The translations under genes and the position numbers were made by a program. DNA of 64,000 nucleotides from Laetmonice hystrix. Its lineage: Eukaryota. The stretch is from NCBI GenBank assembly GCA_965235115.1, contig OZ249436.1:37946001-38010000 (forward strand), read 5' to 3'. The notes beneath the pieces are model-generated. The model made no database searches and was not told the DNA's origin. It was given only the letters and a program-made list of their open reading frames with translations. Of this stretch, positions 25,020-38,163 are shown one piece after another (the stretch's first letter is position 1; the number at the start of each line of letters is the position of its first letter).

Positions 25020-27689
25020 ATGGATCTCGACATAATGATAAACAAGACACCTAATACATCCGTCCACTTTGAAGAAAATGGGGACGCTGCAGTGAACGTG
25101 TCAGTAATACTCAGTGTCTGTCTCTTGATCAGTTGTACGGTTTTCGGAGGTGCAGTTAGCCTATCTTCGTTAATAACCGTGGCGCGGAAACCCATGATTT
25201 CTAAGTCTTTTCCTCTGGCTGTGAACATATTGATGATAAGCAGCATTTCGTGTCTCACGGCCGCTCCGGTGGAACTGATGAATCTGATGCTATCTTGGTT
25301 TGCCTCTTCACATACACCACTTTGTCTGCTCTCCGCCGTACTTCGGGCACTTAGGGAATGGCCGCTGTACGTCAGCCTCGTTGGTATCTCGATACAGAGG
25401 GCACGCTGGCTGAGGACAACTTTCGGACAAAAACCGGGAAGGAGGTTCGAGTTCATTGCCATCGTAATCTCTTGGATTTCTCCTCTTCCTCAATTAGTAC
25501 CATTCGTACTGTCAGCATCCGCGAGAACAACTAACCTGCCATTTTGTTCACACATTAAGCATCATGAGTCAATTCAGCGTAGCCAGGCCATACTGTCCCT
25601 CGCGGGAAGCGTTCTGACAAGCGCTAGCATGGCAGCGTCCTACTGGTGGGGCTTCAGATTGGTGAAACTGAGAAACCCCGCTCGTACCCGGACGGTCTCT
25701 TCTGCATATAGGATTCCACCAAGGGACTCTCTGATCCCACGATTTCTAACTGAAACTCAAATGCCTCCAAGTAATCAAAAAAGATCCACACAAACCGAGG
25801 ATGAAACCCCACGTAGGCGGACTAGCCTTGAAGTAAAAACAAGCGTTGACACCCTACCTCAAAAGCCTGCATTGAAAGTTGAGCGTCGTCATAGATCTAG
25901 ATCTATATCGGAACTTCGACGACGCAGCAGCTTAGACATCTCCACAATCTACTCTGTTCGTCGTGATCGTATCACTAGTGGGAAGATGTTCAGCATTCCT
26001 GGATGTGTGGTAACAGACGAAGATCTAAACACCAACACAACAGCATCGGACAGCGAGTCCATCAGAGAAGGCCAGCGTATGAGGGATATGTGTTGTCCAC
26101 CCCTCGCGGAAACAGTTCAATTCGAAGGTCCATGCTGTAACTCGAGCGGCAATGCTACAAGTAGCAGGACAAACAAAATACTCACTGAGAATTTCACGCA
26201 AGGGGCCTGTCAACACAGAATATCTAGCATGGAGTGTCATAATTCAAGTGTTGGGTTTAGTGTATCAGACAGTGTTAACTTATTAATGGCACCGCAACTG
26301 CTGACGATTGACAAGGACTTCACGGAATGTATGTCTCGTAACAAAACATCGCAGTGTGCTACAAGGGCCACATACTCCAGGAAGGGAAGTTTCTCGTCAG
26401 CGTCCTGCATTTCTGATGTTTCTATTTTTACCGGTAGAGACAGCGGGAAGTGTAGCCTTAGGTCTTTCTCCACATCATTCCTAGAAGATAGCATATGGAG
26501 ACAGACAAAGTTCCTGGCTGACGTCGCTGTCAACCTAGGCCAAGGTATACGTGGCCAGGAATCACTCAATGAAACAACCGAACGCAAAGGTAGCAAAAGT
26601 AATCCACATCGCAGAAAGAGTGAAATCGCCATAAAAAGCAAGTGTCGCTGGAAAAGGAACAAGAAACATGTCAAACAATGCCGTTCTGTCAAAGGTCCGT
26701 TGCATGAAACGTTGGTCGCAACCACTACTCTCCTGACCACCCAGAATCTGCCCCCTTTATGGCACAAACGTCGGAACGCAAGTGGACTTCACAATGGTGA
26801 ACTCTGCTTGGATACAGACTCCCTTCACCAATTCCCCATTGAAGAACGCGCAGAAACTTGTGGCATACAGACGACAATATTCCACATGGGCGAAACCCTT
26901 AAAGACGCTATAAAACATATAGATTCTCCTTCAAAACCAGCAGCTCGCTGTAGCTCTTGGTCAACCTCTGCCAATGAAATATCGGCTTCGGGGATTGATG
27001 TGTATTACAAACCTGAGAACGAGGCTGTGACGTCCCTGCCTAAAACTCGTGAGATTACGTTCCAAAGTCATCGAGAAAATGCAAGCAGGAAGTCGGCCAC
27101 ATCTGTGTTTTTCGATCTGGAGGAAGAACGAAAGCAGGATAAACCTACATATGGTATAAACGAAGAACGGCCGCCATCCACAAACGATGAACATAAAAAT
27201 ATGATGCTGTCTAAAGCATCGAACAGGCAGGTTCAGTATGAAGGAGAGGGAACTTATGATTTAGATCAAACTGGCAAACAGTTAAAATCTTGTAGGCAGA
27301 AAACGTCAATGGCAGCCGAAGAAGGAATAATAGTCGCCCAAGGGAAAAGTTCCAATACAGGAAGAGAATCCAAAGGAAAGCGCCTGGTTTCAAAGACAGG
27401 TCTGAACTTTGTTAGAAGACGAATCTCTGCTGCCAAACTCAAGGCCGTAGTATTAACTATGTACTTTGCACTGACGATGCTTCCAGAAGCAATCATCAGT
27501 GTATTTTTCAACAATTCAGCACCTGGCATTGTACTACGCTCACTAACGTTTGTCAGTTACGCACTAAATCCCATTGCATACATTTCAAGCCACTCTGGGA
27601 TCAAAAAGATGACAGTCAGCATAATGCCGGAGATGAGACGTCACGATGACAAAGTTATTACGTCAGTGGGTCATGGCGGTCGTTACTAA
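25020..27689 (+). CDS. Atypical orphan class A (rhodopsin-like) GPCR, 889 aa, single coding exon, very long ICL3
   Basis: 2.7-kb uninterrupted ORF; N-terminal NxS/T sequons; five hydrophobic helices, then a long polar region, then two helices. Landmarks: Cys at the top of TM3, ISIQRA at the DRY position, TM4 Trp/Pro, ECL2 Cys, TM5 Tyr, TM6 MLP, TM7 NPIAY (NPxxY). Confidence 0.82.
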   Translation: MDLDIMINKTPNTSVHFEENGDAAVNVSVILSVCLLISCTVFGGAVSLSSLITVARKPMISKSFPLAVNILMISSISCLTAAPVELMNLMLSWFASSHTPLCLLSAVLRALREWPLYVSLVGISIQRARWLRTTFGQKPGRRFEFIAIVISWISPLPQLVPFVLSASARTTNLPFCSHIKHHESIQRSQAILSLAGSVLTSASMAASYWWGFRLVKLRNPARTRTVSSAYRIPPRDSLIPRFLTETQMPPSNQKRSTQTEDETPRRRTSLEVKTSVDTLPQKPALKVERRHRSRSISELRRRSSLDISTIYSVRRDRITSGKMFSIPGCVVTDEDLNTNTTASDSESIREGQRMRDMCCPPLAETVQFEGPCCNSSGNATSSRTNKILTENFTQGACQHRISSMECHNSSVGFSVSDSVNLLMAPQLLTIDKDFTECMSRNKTSQCATRATYSRKGSFSSASCISDVSIFTGRDSGKCSLRSFSTSFLEDSIWRQTKFLADVAVNLGQGIRGQESLNETTERKGSKSNPHRRKSEIAIKSKCRWKRNKKHVKQCRSVKGPLHETLVATTTLLTTQNLPPLWHKRRNASGLHNGELCLDTDSLHQFPIEERAETCGIQTTIFHMGETLKDAIKHIDSPSKPAARCSSWSTSANEISASGIDVYYKPENEAVTSLPKTREITFQSHRENASRKSATSVFFDLEEERKQDKPTYGINEERPPSTNDEHKNMMLSKASNRQVQYEGEGTYDLDQTGKQLKSCRQKTSMAAEEGIIVAQGKSSNTGRESKGKRLVSKTGLNFVRRRISAAKLKAVVLTMYFALTMLPEAIISVFFNNSAPGIVLRSLTFVSYALNPIAYISSHSGIKKMTVSIMPEMRRHDDKVITSVGHGGRY

Positions 27690-29469
27690 GCAACGGGATT
27701 GGGCGCATTCGCTGCCTCGCACTGTCCCCCCACCCGGCGCCTGACCTCCCCCCATAATCCAAATAAGGGCATGATTTGATTCGCGTGCTCTCGTCTCTAG
27801 CCAAATAGGTAAACGCTTAATTAATTAATTAAAAATATTGTTGATATGGACGCGCCATGGTACCAGACTGCTAGAAACCCCTTAAAATAATTGTTTTTAC
27901 TCAAGTTTTGTTGAATTGACTGGGTTTATTTCAATTTTCGGGCTGATTTCCCTTAAGTATAGTAGGACGGAAAGTAACCTTGTGTAGTCTTGGAATTCAT
28001 GATATGTGGTGTCGCTATTTATGTTATGTTGTAACATTGAAAAAATGTTTCATTTGCATAGAGGAATGGGAACATGTTGTCATCATCTTTATTTAGTGAG
28101 AAAATTAATCAATATGTTGGAAATATATATTATATATATAAAAAGTCACTTTTTGTCGTAATAAAGTTAAGTGTATCAACCAGTGGACCAGTCTCCTTTA
28201 TTCTGCCGGCTGTCATACGCAGATTGGCGCAGATACCCCAAGAACAGAACACAAACGCACTGTGTTTTCACGACATTTTGTATTTTCAAAGTTGCTTACA
28301 ATTTTTTAAACCCCAGACCAGGATTTCCAGTAGATATTAACCGTAGGCCAATGTTCTATGAACTAGGAGTTACTGAAGTGGCCACACACGTATAATACAT
28401 TTTGTCAACATTTTAACTAGACTTCCTTGCCTTCCCTATCAATCGCAGCCCTTCGCAATATTTGTCCAGATACCGGTCATTACTACCAATATCTTTCACC
28501 CTGGCCCCTTAGACTAAGGTCTGAAAGCGTGCGATAGTGCCCTGGACAAAGACCAAAATATATAACAGACGGACGCAAATGTCCTGTGTCAGAGTTATTT
28601 TGAGTTTCGTTCATTACAGATTCATAATTAACACAAAATTCCAAATTACAATGTGCGGAATTCGAACTTAAAGCAACTACACGTATAGTAATAAATGTTT
28701 TATTCCGGCAGAAGATCATCTCCTAATTCCTCATCGGCAAATCCGTCTTCACTGGTGCAGGGGAAGCTGCTGCCGTCTTTGGACGCCCTGTTTGTGGCCC
28801 AATTGGATCCGCTTAATTTTTATCTATTTAAGTAAAATAATTGCTATACGAATATTGCTCCAAGGGGCCGTTCAAGCATAACGCGTTGCCAAATCATCCC
28901 TTGTTAGCCCCCCCCCCCCCCCCCATTAAATATTGTAAGACCGGAATACCATAACGTCCTACAAATTATCTCCTGCTACCAACCAACCCTTTCATAAATT
29001 TACACTGCATGCTATTTTAGAAATTAGCTTGTTTTAAATTGATCAAAACTCCCTGCACGCAAAAATACTTTAAAACAACTAGAATTTTCTGAATTTAGTT
29101 TGCATCGTTTTGCCTACATAAAGGTCCCCGACGTGTGGCGTCGAGTCCGTATTTTCCTCATATATTGGAAGGTCATAAATATTTATCATTGTTAGTAACT
29201 TGGGGTTGTAGCGTTGGATACACAAGTTTCTGAAAAGATGCACGATCTCGATTCACCTTTTAATCTCATGGAAGGTAGAACAAAATGGAGCCATATGAAA
29301 CTCTATTTTTGACTTCCTTTCCATCTTTAATAGTAACTTTTGGTTTATCTTTAACAGGTTTGGAGATATTAGACCATGAGCCAACAGGGTTGGTTGATAC
29401 CAACTGGGGGGAATAAACTTCGTATTGATTTTTAGTTAGGTATATCTGTAGAATCGGAAAATGGTTGAT

Positions 29470-31620
29470 AGCAGTCCAAACATGGTAGCTTCTCTGTGCT
29501 ATCAACCCGTTACCATGACAACCTCTCATTTTGGGGGGTTAGCATCAGTTTTTAATATTTCGTCAATATTTTTTGTTTCATTTTAAAGATAAAAACATGA
29601 GGTTTTTACCAAACTATACAGATGGCTTTGCTCAATTAAATATCCGAAGGTACACAATATTTACCTAATGTGCATATTAATTAGTGGTAATTATAGTTTT
29701 TATTAATTAATTTATACTAACATTAATTACATTCCCTATATTTGTAACAGAAATCCTACAAATGGTCTATTGAGAATGAAAATCACGTAAAAGCAAATCT
29801 CACGAACACAATGGTATCCAAAATTAATGGAAGTCCTAATTAATTGGTGTCACGTGACATTTTAATGAATATGCAAATCAGGCCATAATGCAGTAAACGG
29901 CACAAAGTGGGCATGCCAGCAGGCTACCAAACCCCTGCATTTCCAGTTTTACACAAGTTCGCTCTTATCCATAATTATAGTTAAATCATTAAATTCTTTA
30001 ACTTCATACTTTCCTTTCTCTTCAGTACATGTATTCTTTAATGAGGAAAAAAACACATAATCAAAGGTCAAAGGTTAAAGGTCGTAAGCGACTTTTTCTG
30101 AACCCCAGACACCAGATTATCAGATTCCTAGGTCTAACGTCTATAATTCTTGAGGTAGTAACTCCAAACAAGTTGAAGCTTTTTATAGCCAATCGTGCTC
30201 CATTTCCAAGGCATCCACGTCTTCATATGCAGTGTCATCTACGTCTGCATGGGCTTGGTTTTCACAGTCTGGAAATCGGCAATCCGCAATCCGCCAAGCT
30301 CGCCCGACAGGTGTAGGGACTTCTGGTTCCTGCTGAAGACATCGTCTCCATATTCCAGCCTGGTAGTTGGCTCTCTCTGAATGTTTTATCAAGACAGTCT
30401 CGACATGATGGAAGTTGGTGATTCTCTACTTCGCCCTGCTTGATACAGAAGAGATGGTACCGAAGATCATTTACCTTTCTGGAAGAGGCTTTAGGGGCAT
30501 AGAGGAGGCATGTGAATTCTTCTAGTTTGGCCATTAATTCATGAGAGAGATGCCATTCCTGACCCAACTCAAAGAATGTGGCCTAGCAAACTGTCGTGTT
30601 CTATGCCTCCCGGTGGGGGCGCTGCGAAAATGGGAAGTTCGTGCAAGTGACGTCAGAGTCGGCGGTCCCTCTAATTCAGGTCTATGTCTTGATAGAGTTT
30701 TCCTGGTAGGTGTCAAAAACAACATCTATCCTTTTACTCTGTCTTCCTTCCATCAGAGCCAGGGAGAGAACTGTTGTGGCAACAGCTGCAAAAGATACCT
30801 GGTCACCTTTGACTTTCTGTACCAAATTCATGCCATCAATAACTGCAGCAGAGTTTCCTGGGAATTGGTCCATATCCTTGACGTTTGTTTGCAAAGTTTT
30901 GGCCAGAATAGCCTTCTTGGTTTACCTCATCAATCTGTCTGCTGTAGACAGGGCCCAGGGTAATGGTCCAAGTGGATGAGAGACTATGCCATCCATTTTT
31001 ATACTGCGGGCTTGTGCCATCACTAAAATCCGAGCAAACAGTGATCTGTCTGCTTTCAAAATAATTTCCCGTCTACTGGACTTCACCTCTTTCTTTTCAC
31101 AAATTCTGCTGAATGTTTGAAGTTTGTTAGTTTTCCTTCGGTCGTGGAACTTCTTCGATGGTGGATTCTTTTCAAGCCTGTCTTCCTTAAATGTGGCATA
31201 GTTTTGCTCGACAATCTCATACGCCTTCAGCAGATCAGAAGCAATGTCCTTAGGTGCTGTCTTTGCGGTAGAGATGCTGATAAGCTCTGCAAATGGATTG
31301 ACCTAAGAATGAATAAGGGAAGCAACTGCTCATACTGCTTCCTCGTCTTTTGCGTTAAGGACACCAATGTTACAATTTGTTTCTTTGGAATGATTTCAGT
31401 CCTAATATACTCAAAAAGATTGTCATACGCTTCATTTTCAATCATAGTATATCCATGGGTATTTCATCGTCTTCCTGATTATTACATTGGTGCTCATTAT
31501 TGTGTGACTTCGTATCTCTTGTGTAGTTTTTATAGCAGGAAACAAGTTAGTGTGCCTCTGCAGCCACAATGTCTTTACTGGTGAGTGCAAGAAGGGACTC
31601 GTCTCTCTTGCGAAGTGCGC
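29470..31620 (-). mobile_element. Decayed DNA transposon, Academ-like transposase/XPG-type pseudo-ORF
   Basis: Frameshifted minus-strand peptides ADRSLFARILVMAQ, HPLGPLPWAL, AAVIDGMNLVQK...RIDVVFDTYQENSIK and LEEFTCLLY...VNDLRYHLF...LPSCRDCL..HSERANYQAGIWRRCL resemble Academ-type proteins; internal deletions present; boundaries approximate. Confidence 0.72.
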
Positions 31621-31664
31621 ATTCTCTTAGTGTTTGGTCAGCTCTCAATTGTAATAATAATATC

Positions 31665-32050
31665 TATGCACACGGTATGCGAAACGTGGAACGTAGAGTG
31701 CGGTATGGCTGATCGCTCCATGTAGCGATCCGGACGGAATAAATACCGCTACCAGTATAGCGGATCCAGGATTATAGGAAGGGGGGGGGGCACCTTTTGT
31801 TGAATAATCGGTGGCCGGGGGCGGGCCGAGTAACCCCCCCCCCCCCCGAATCCGACACTGCAGGCTACGGTATACCTGTGGCGTAACAACAAAAGGAATT
31901 TTGTCCAAGAACACGTTGCTGTTTGTATTCCAGAAAACCATCTCATATGTAGTCATCCGGGAAATCCCTTTCATTTATCATGCCAGTGATGAAAGTTAGA
32001 TGGATGCCCAGAAAATTAACAGTGTTTGGGAGAGCGTATAGCAAAGACAA
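31665..32050. mobile_element. Dispersed repeat / non-autonomous element, copy B (inverted relative to copy A, interrupted by a MITE)
   Basis: AACACGTTGCTGTTTGTATTCCAG, ATGCCCAGAAAATT and GGACGGAATAAATACCGCTAC match the reverse complement of 21770-22052. Confidence 0.7.
31753..31860. mobile_element. hAT-type MITE (108 bp)
   Basis: Ends CAGTATAGCGGATCC ... GAATCCGACACTG; 8 extra bases (ACCGCTAC / CAGGCTAC, degraded TSD) relative to the empty site in copy A. Confidence 0.7.
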
Positions 32051-35000
32051 TAGTACAAGGGCAGCTTTCTTTTTGGCGTCTTTTCTGTGTGGAAGCGAGA
32101 AATAAAATTAGTCTCCAAGTTTGACCACTGATAGTGATATTCAGGCAGCGACACGTACCCCACCTAGTGAGAACGGATGGAAGCAGCCGATGGCCAGAGC
32201 CGTTCGAGACTGGCGACGCTGGCGAGACTGGACGTCGTTATAATCGTCGCCACTCAGACGAGAAGACAGACCATCGAACCCCGTTATTCCAAGGAAAGAC
32301 AGAAATTGGCTGCATCCTACCTGTTTACAGAGATTTGGGGCAAGGGACAGTGGTTGAGTGGGCGGTGCCTGACACTGAGTGGACAACAATCGCCGGCGTC
32401 CGCGACAATAGGTGGCAGCAGAAAATCTCCACCCGTGATTGTCTGAGCCCATCTTTTACGACCCTCGCCCGTCCACACGCTATGGCTGGTATTGTGGCGG
32501 TCCTCTGGGGTCGAGGAAATCCACTGAAATTGAGCATCTAATTGAATAGAATCTGAATTGTTGTTAGTGGTGACACGGTAATTTTTTCTTGACATGGATT
32601 TCCTCTGTTGGAGATTTAAGACCATGATTCGAACCATTTAAACCTAAAAGGACTACCTACAGACATAGATGGAGGTATTTTAGGTGTTCTTTAATTATAT
32701 TCAGTGGATTAGATCGGTATTATATTTGTGTTTTATGACAGAAATCTACGCTATGGCAGATCGTTAAAACACTCATTGTTGCATTGAGATGAGGATCTAT
32801 TGGCCTATTTAGTCCTGTTTAGCCCGAGGTCTCCTACGATTTAGGCCTACTTATCGCAATTCGATAGATATGAGAAGCTCCACCCCCCCCCCCCCCCCGC
32901 AGCAGGGAATCACAACAGTCACGAGTTAGGAGAAAATTTGGACATAATGTTTTAAAAGCCAGAGAAAAATGAGAAATGAAAGAAGGGTTGATCTTTAACC
33001 CATTAACCGTCTCAGTTCAGGCTGGTAACAATAGCTGGCCACCGTTAGTAATGGGCCGAGTGCGTGTTGGGCCATCTCGACGTCTATAAACCGTGACCGG
33101 CGTCGTCGACAGGTAAATATAGCACTTGACCCCTAATAACCAACTATATATGTACTACGCAGAAAAGCACTGAAAGAAAATCTCTAAATATATGCTTTAT
33201 ATCAGACCTTTTTAGGAGCAAATCGTATTGTAACTAAACTTCGGCCTGCATTGCTACGTATATTATATTAGGCCCTTAGGCAAGATATATAGGCCCTTAG
33301 ATAATGTCTTACTATGTATAAGGTCTGGATTGCCGTGTAAAGGTAAATTCCATAAGCGACAGTAACATTTCGAAAATATAATAGTATAGATCTAGGCGCA
33401 CGACCTCTGTGGCTGTTTTGAAAGAAATAAGATAATCTTATATTTTTCACATCTAGAAACATGCTATTTCCTAGAATTCTAGCTGAAATTCCGAAGCGTA
33501 ACCGTTGTATCTTCATCCCCCGCGGAGACATTTAGACTCCCGTATGGCCAGACGACCGAAGCGCCCCCTATACACAGGACGCTCCGACCACGCCTACGGG
33601 CGAAACGACGCCTTCCGCGCCGCGACCAGCACGCCCTAAATTACGACCCCTCACCGCCTGCCAACCAACCCACATAGTCATTTTCCTTTCGAAAAGCACC
33701 AGTACTTTCTGGTGTCCTCCCACAGCCCCGGGCGACGTCCGAAAATGCGTGGTTCTCGCGAGAAAACAGGTGGATGATTCGGAGATAGCCGGGGGTGACG
33801 GGCAGCAGTGTCACACACGTGGTCACAACATCGGAATATTAATAAAACGGATTAAATTCCGTTTGAGATCGACCTTGGGATCACAGCTCGGGTCAAAGGA
33901 GTCATTAAATTCTGATTCATCATGAATTCATGGATAAAACGGAAGTAGGGTCCCTTTCATACAATAATGTGTATTGTAAACCTCTCTCATATATTCACGG
34001 ACTCAACTAGCGGGTATTTATAGACAAAAGGACATTGTCTATATGGTGGAGACTCCGATTCGAACTGTCGTCCACAAGGCTGGATCTGTTGGTGATACGG
34101 AGCCGAACATTAGACATTTTCCGTTTGATTTACGGTCAGATAAAGCGGAGACCATTATGTGTCATTGGAGAAATTTACTTTATTGTTTTGAGGAGATCTT
34201 TATGAGGAGACTTGGGAACAGTCGGGTCTTTGTTGTATACACGCAGGTATGCTCCCATATGTCCGACGACAGGTGTGCGTATTGTGGCTCTTACATAATG
34301 CGTTCCTTAAAGACACTACCCGTTAGAGGACCCTTCAAAGTAATCATGAAGTAATCAGAAGGACTGAAAGTTTTCTTTACCTCAAAGAATCGCTCCGAAA
34401 GTGTCCTTTGTGGAAAACTATAGCCTAAAATTAGACGGAATTATAATACGTGAAAAAGAATTGATCAGTGTTCTTTGTTAGTATCCTATGCGGAAAGAAA
34501 GGCATGAGACTCTCGTTGTTTGTACAAGGCTGAAAAACTTTCCCGTATACAAAACAGAACTATCTAATACTGCTGCGATTATGCATGAGTTACAAAAATA
34601 AACAATGAAAAACAATCTTTTAAAAAGAACCATGATACGAACTATTTCTTTCTATTGATTGCTGTACTTTTATAGTGTTAGAGAATATAGATTGTACGTA
34701 TCCGGTATAGAATGGCCCCCTCGTGTCCCGTATAGCCACGCCTCGACCCACCGATAAGCCTATACCGCCCTCCTCTGTTAACACTGCACCGGCCGGTTAT
34801 CTCACTCGGGTCTGTGAGCCGACCATGGCCGAACAAAACCGTCGGCTGCTGTCGGGTCCTCTTGATCAGCGCACATCAAGCCATGTGGGGTCCGATTAGA
34901 GACACGACGTAAAATCGATGGCCTATAGCGTCGGTAGGTGACCACCACAATCCTTGTTATCGCCATCACCATCGTACCTTGTCCCTGCATCCATCCCACA

Positions 35001-36995
35001 CGTCTGCCTCTCTCTGCCTTGCTCCTACTGTTCGGGGGACGCGCAGAAGCAGACGGTTGTTGTTGTGGTCACTGTGAGATCAAAGGCCCGCCCGGCACTG
35101 CCCTGTAATGACCACTGGGTTGGACGTACGTTATCAGACCGGGGGCGACTCGTGAACGCCTACCGGTATATATCAACCGCAAGTCTACATTATGTCGTTC
35201 TGGTGAGGCTATACTACAAACTGACCGTATACAGTAATTGCTGCTACATAAAGGAGGCAAGAGTTGGTACGCCTCGGTACCGACTCACCGGAAACCAGTT
35301 ATGAAAAGTTGCTTCCGATACACAAGTACTAACATTTCTTTCTTTCTTTCTCTGTTTCCTTCTTTCTTATTGATCGGCTAGTTTATTTCAGTTATTTTAA
35401 ATTTATTTATTGACATTATACTCTAAGAAAATGATCAGATTGAAGCATATACTCGTACCCCCGTTAATACTATAAATCTTCTATATCGACGACTTAACTC
35501 AAAAAGCTTTCATTAGATTAAAGGGTGTCCAGCATTATTCATGGAAGGTAAGGAGAGAGAGAGAGAAAGGATCCCACAGATATTGTTAGTGTGTTATGTA
35601 ATCAGTAGGCGGTCACCGTTTACAGGATCAAAGGACTTGGCAGACCATTGATGAACCCAGACCCTCCCTGAACGTGTGGGAGTGTGATGTTCCCACGATC
35701 CAGACAGCCCTCCTATCTTGTCTATAATAGACTGACCGGGACCGACAGGACAATAGCAAACCATGGTCGCAGCAATGACCACTGTCAGCAACCGCGGGGG
35801 GATGTTGAAAACTTGAGGTTCACCCGGAATGGTTTGGGGTTCGACAAAATCGGGCCTCTATAGAACTATACAAGCTACACAGGAGCGGCGCGGGAATCGA
35901 GTGTAACCCCGCTGAACTAACCCCCATGTAAGGCCCCTCTGACCTTGATTCGTCAATTACCAGGGTCCACCAGGGACCACTGTTTACGGCGCCTCCAACA
36001 TTGCAATAACCTGTTGTCAGGTGACCACAACTAGTCATTACGACAGGTCGTTCATAAATGGTGCAGCAGTCGGCGTCACCCCATGACACATGAGGTGTGC
36101 TACAAGTCGGAGGCCATCGGTGTGGCGGCAGGGCGCCTACCTATAGGCCTATCACCGGATAGGGCCTTATAGGCTACTTTCCCACATATAGTCTAGACAT
36201 CGATGAATTTTAAAGGAAAAACGGGGAACTATGGTTTCTTTGGCATCGACGTGGGCCTGCATCCTGTAGGTTCATCTTTTATACCCTACGTGCACATGTG
36301 ATACCCTATAAAGCCAGATAATTAATACAATAGATAATATTTCCTAGATCTAGGCATATCACGCCTGCTGAAAATGCCCTCATGCCCTGACTCAAGATAA
36401 ACAATGGAAAATTTATTTACGAGTCAATTGGCCTAACGTCATACAAGCACTCGTTTTTGCAGGTAGTAATGAGGTTTAGAAGAATTTAAGTCAAGAGTTG
36501 ACTTTCATGGCGATATCCGAATCTTCGAGATTCCCAGTTAGACCTATAAGGTCGTTGCCCTTGACAACGGGCGTTGTGGGCCACGTCATGACGTTGCGCC
36601 TCTAGTGGACATTTATCGTACGAGCTGACGTCTGCTGTCTGCACGCTACCTTTCGAGGTCCAGTGTGGCGGGATAATCATCACCCACGAAACTTTCCCGG
36701 TATATCCTGGCGCCAGAGGACCCCACCCTTCAGGCCACCTTGCTATTGTCTGGGGGGGGGGGAATGGAGGTGGTTTACGGGAGGCAATTGCAACAATTTC
36801 AACTGAAATTTACTAGGAAATAACGATGCTCGTAGACAAGGTCATGAGCCTATGTCACCACGACAGTAATTTTTCACAACTTATGTCAGAAATAATGATC
36901 AGGATTTACTAGTTAAGGAAATCTATTATCAACACAAGGTTATGTATAGCTATTAATAGTAGGCCTATATTGTCTTCAGATAGCTGATTAATAAC

Positions 36996-37105
36996 AAGCT
37001 TAGGCTTACTTTGACACAACATTGGAAGGACTTTCGCGAGGGGCACAAACCCAAGCTTATAGGCCTACTTTGACACAAAATTCGAAGGACTTTCGCGAGG
37101 GGCAG
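36996..37105. repeat. Two-copy direct duplication (about 58 bp)
   Basis: AAGCTTA..GGC(T/C)TACTTTGACACAA.ATT.GAAGGACTTTCGCGAGGGGCA occurs twice. Confidence 0.85.
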
Positions 37106-38163
37106 ATTGTAACCATCATTGTAGGCCTACCTATCTTCATTACCGAATGACATTTGATAGGCTTATACCTTATCTAAGTATGTTTAATTTCAATTTTAAG
37201 ATTCATATCAGAAGAAATGGTAGGCCAGCTTTGATCTGGACTTGTCGTCCTATATAGTGTATCATGTTCCCCGTGCTGTAGGCTACACCTCACAAACTGA
37301 GACCTTTATAGTTTTGACGGAGCTATGTATCTGTTAGATGCATGGTGTACTAGGTGGCCGCCCAGCAGCTGAGCTCGGCAAAAGACAGGCATTTATCTGC
37401 CAATTTGTTACTTGTCAATAGATACGAGATATAATTACATTAGGGAGCAGACAACTCATCAGGATTTTTTCACTATCTGTTTGAAGTCATCGTTTGATTC
37501 ACACTCATTTCGATTAATCCCGATAGCACTGGGCCAGCGTATTGAGGTATTGTTCGGCGTCACCACCAGGTGGCTCCGTGGTCAGTGGGCCCTTGGGCAC
37601 ACTCACTGACGCGCACAGCGTGACCCCCATCGGGTTTGTTTGTTTATGGTAATGAAACACAGCGAAGGGATTCAAACACTTTATAAATACTGTTTAATTT
37701 CAGAAACCCGCTGAAAGACTTCGCTAATCATTTAAGCTCTCATTCATGGTAATCGTCTTTGTTCTGGCTATCGGCCTCCGCTTTCATGTGAGGACTTTGA
37801 GGACCATGCAGGCAAACCAGCTGACTTGGGTCGTGCCATGCAGAAAATATTATCTCAGTATAAAGCTGCACGTCTAAAAAAACAGCTACAAATTAAATCT
37901 CCGAAAAAATGAAATTGATAACATAGGACCTAAGCCTTTTTGCATAAATACTAATATTGCGTATAGATAAGGTATTCGTTTTTACGTCTTTTTATTTCGC
38001 CCAGGTGCCCTCAATTAAAATAAATACGGAAATGTTTTGCAGACTGAAGACATTAAAAACTGTTCAATTCACGCTATTTCCATCATGCATGACTATTCCT
38101 TACAACTTCTACTATCTCGTCATCTATGAATGTATTTGTCAAAATTGGTGACTCAGAATGGGT

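Noticed and set aside
32134..32637. Cluster of 70-135-aa ORFs
   Set aside because: Alternative start codons, no domain similarity recognised.
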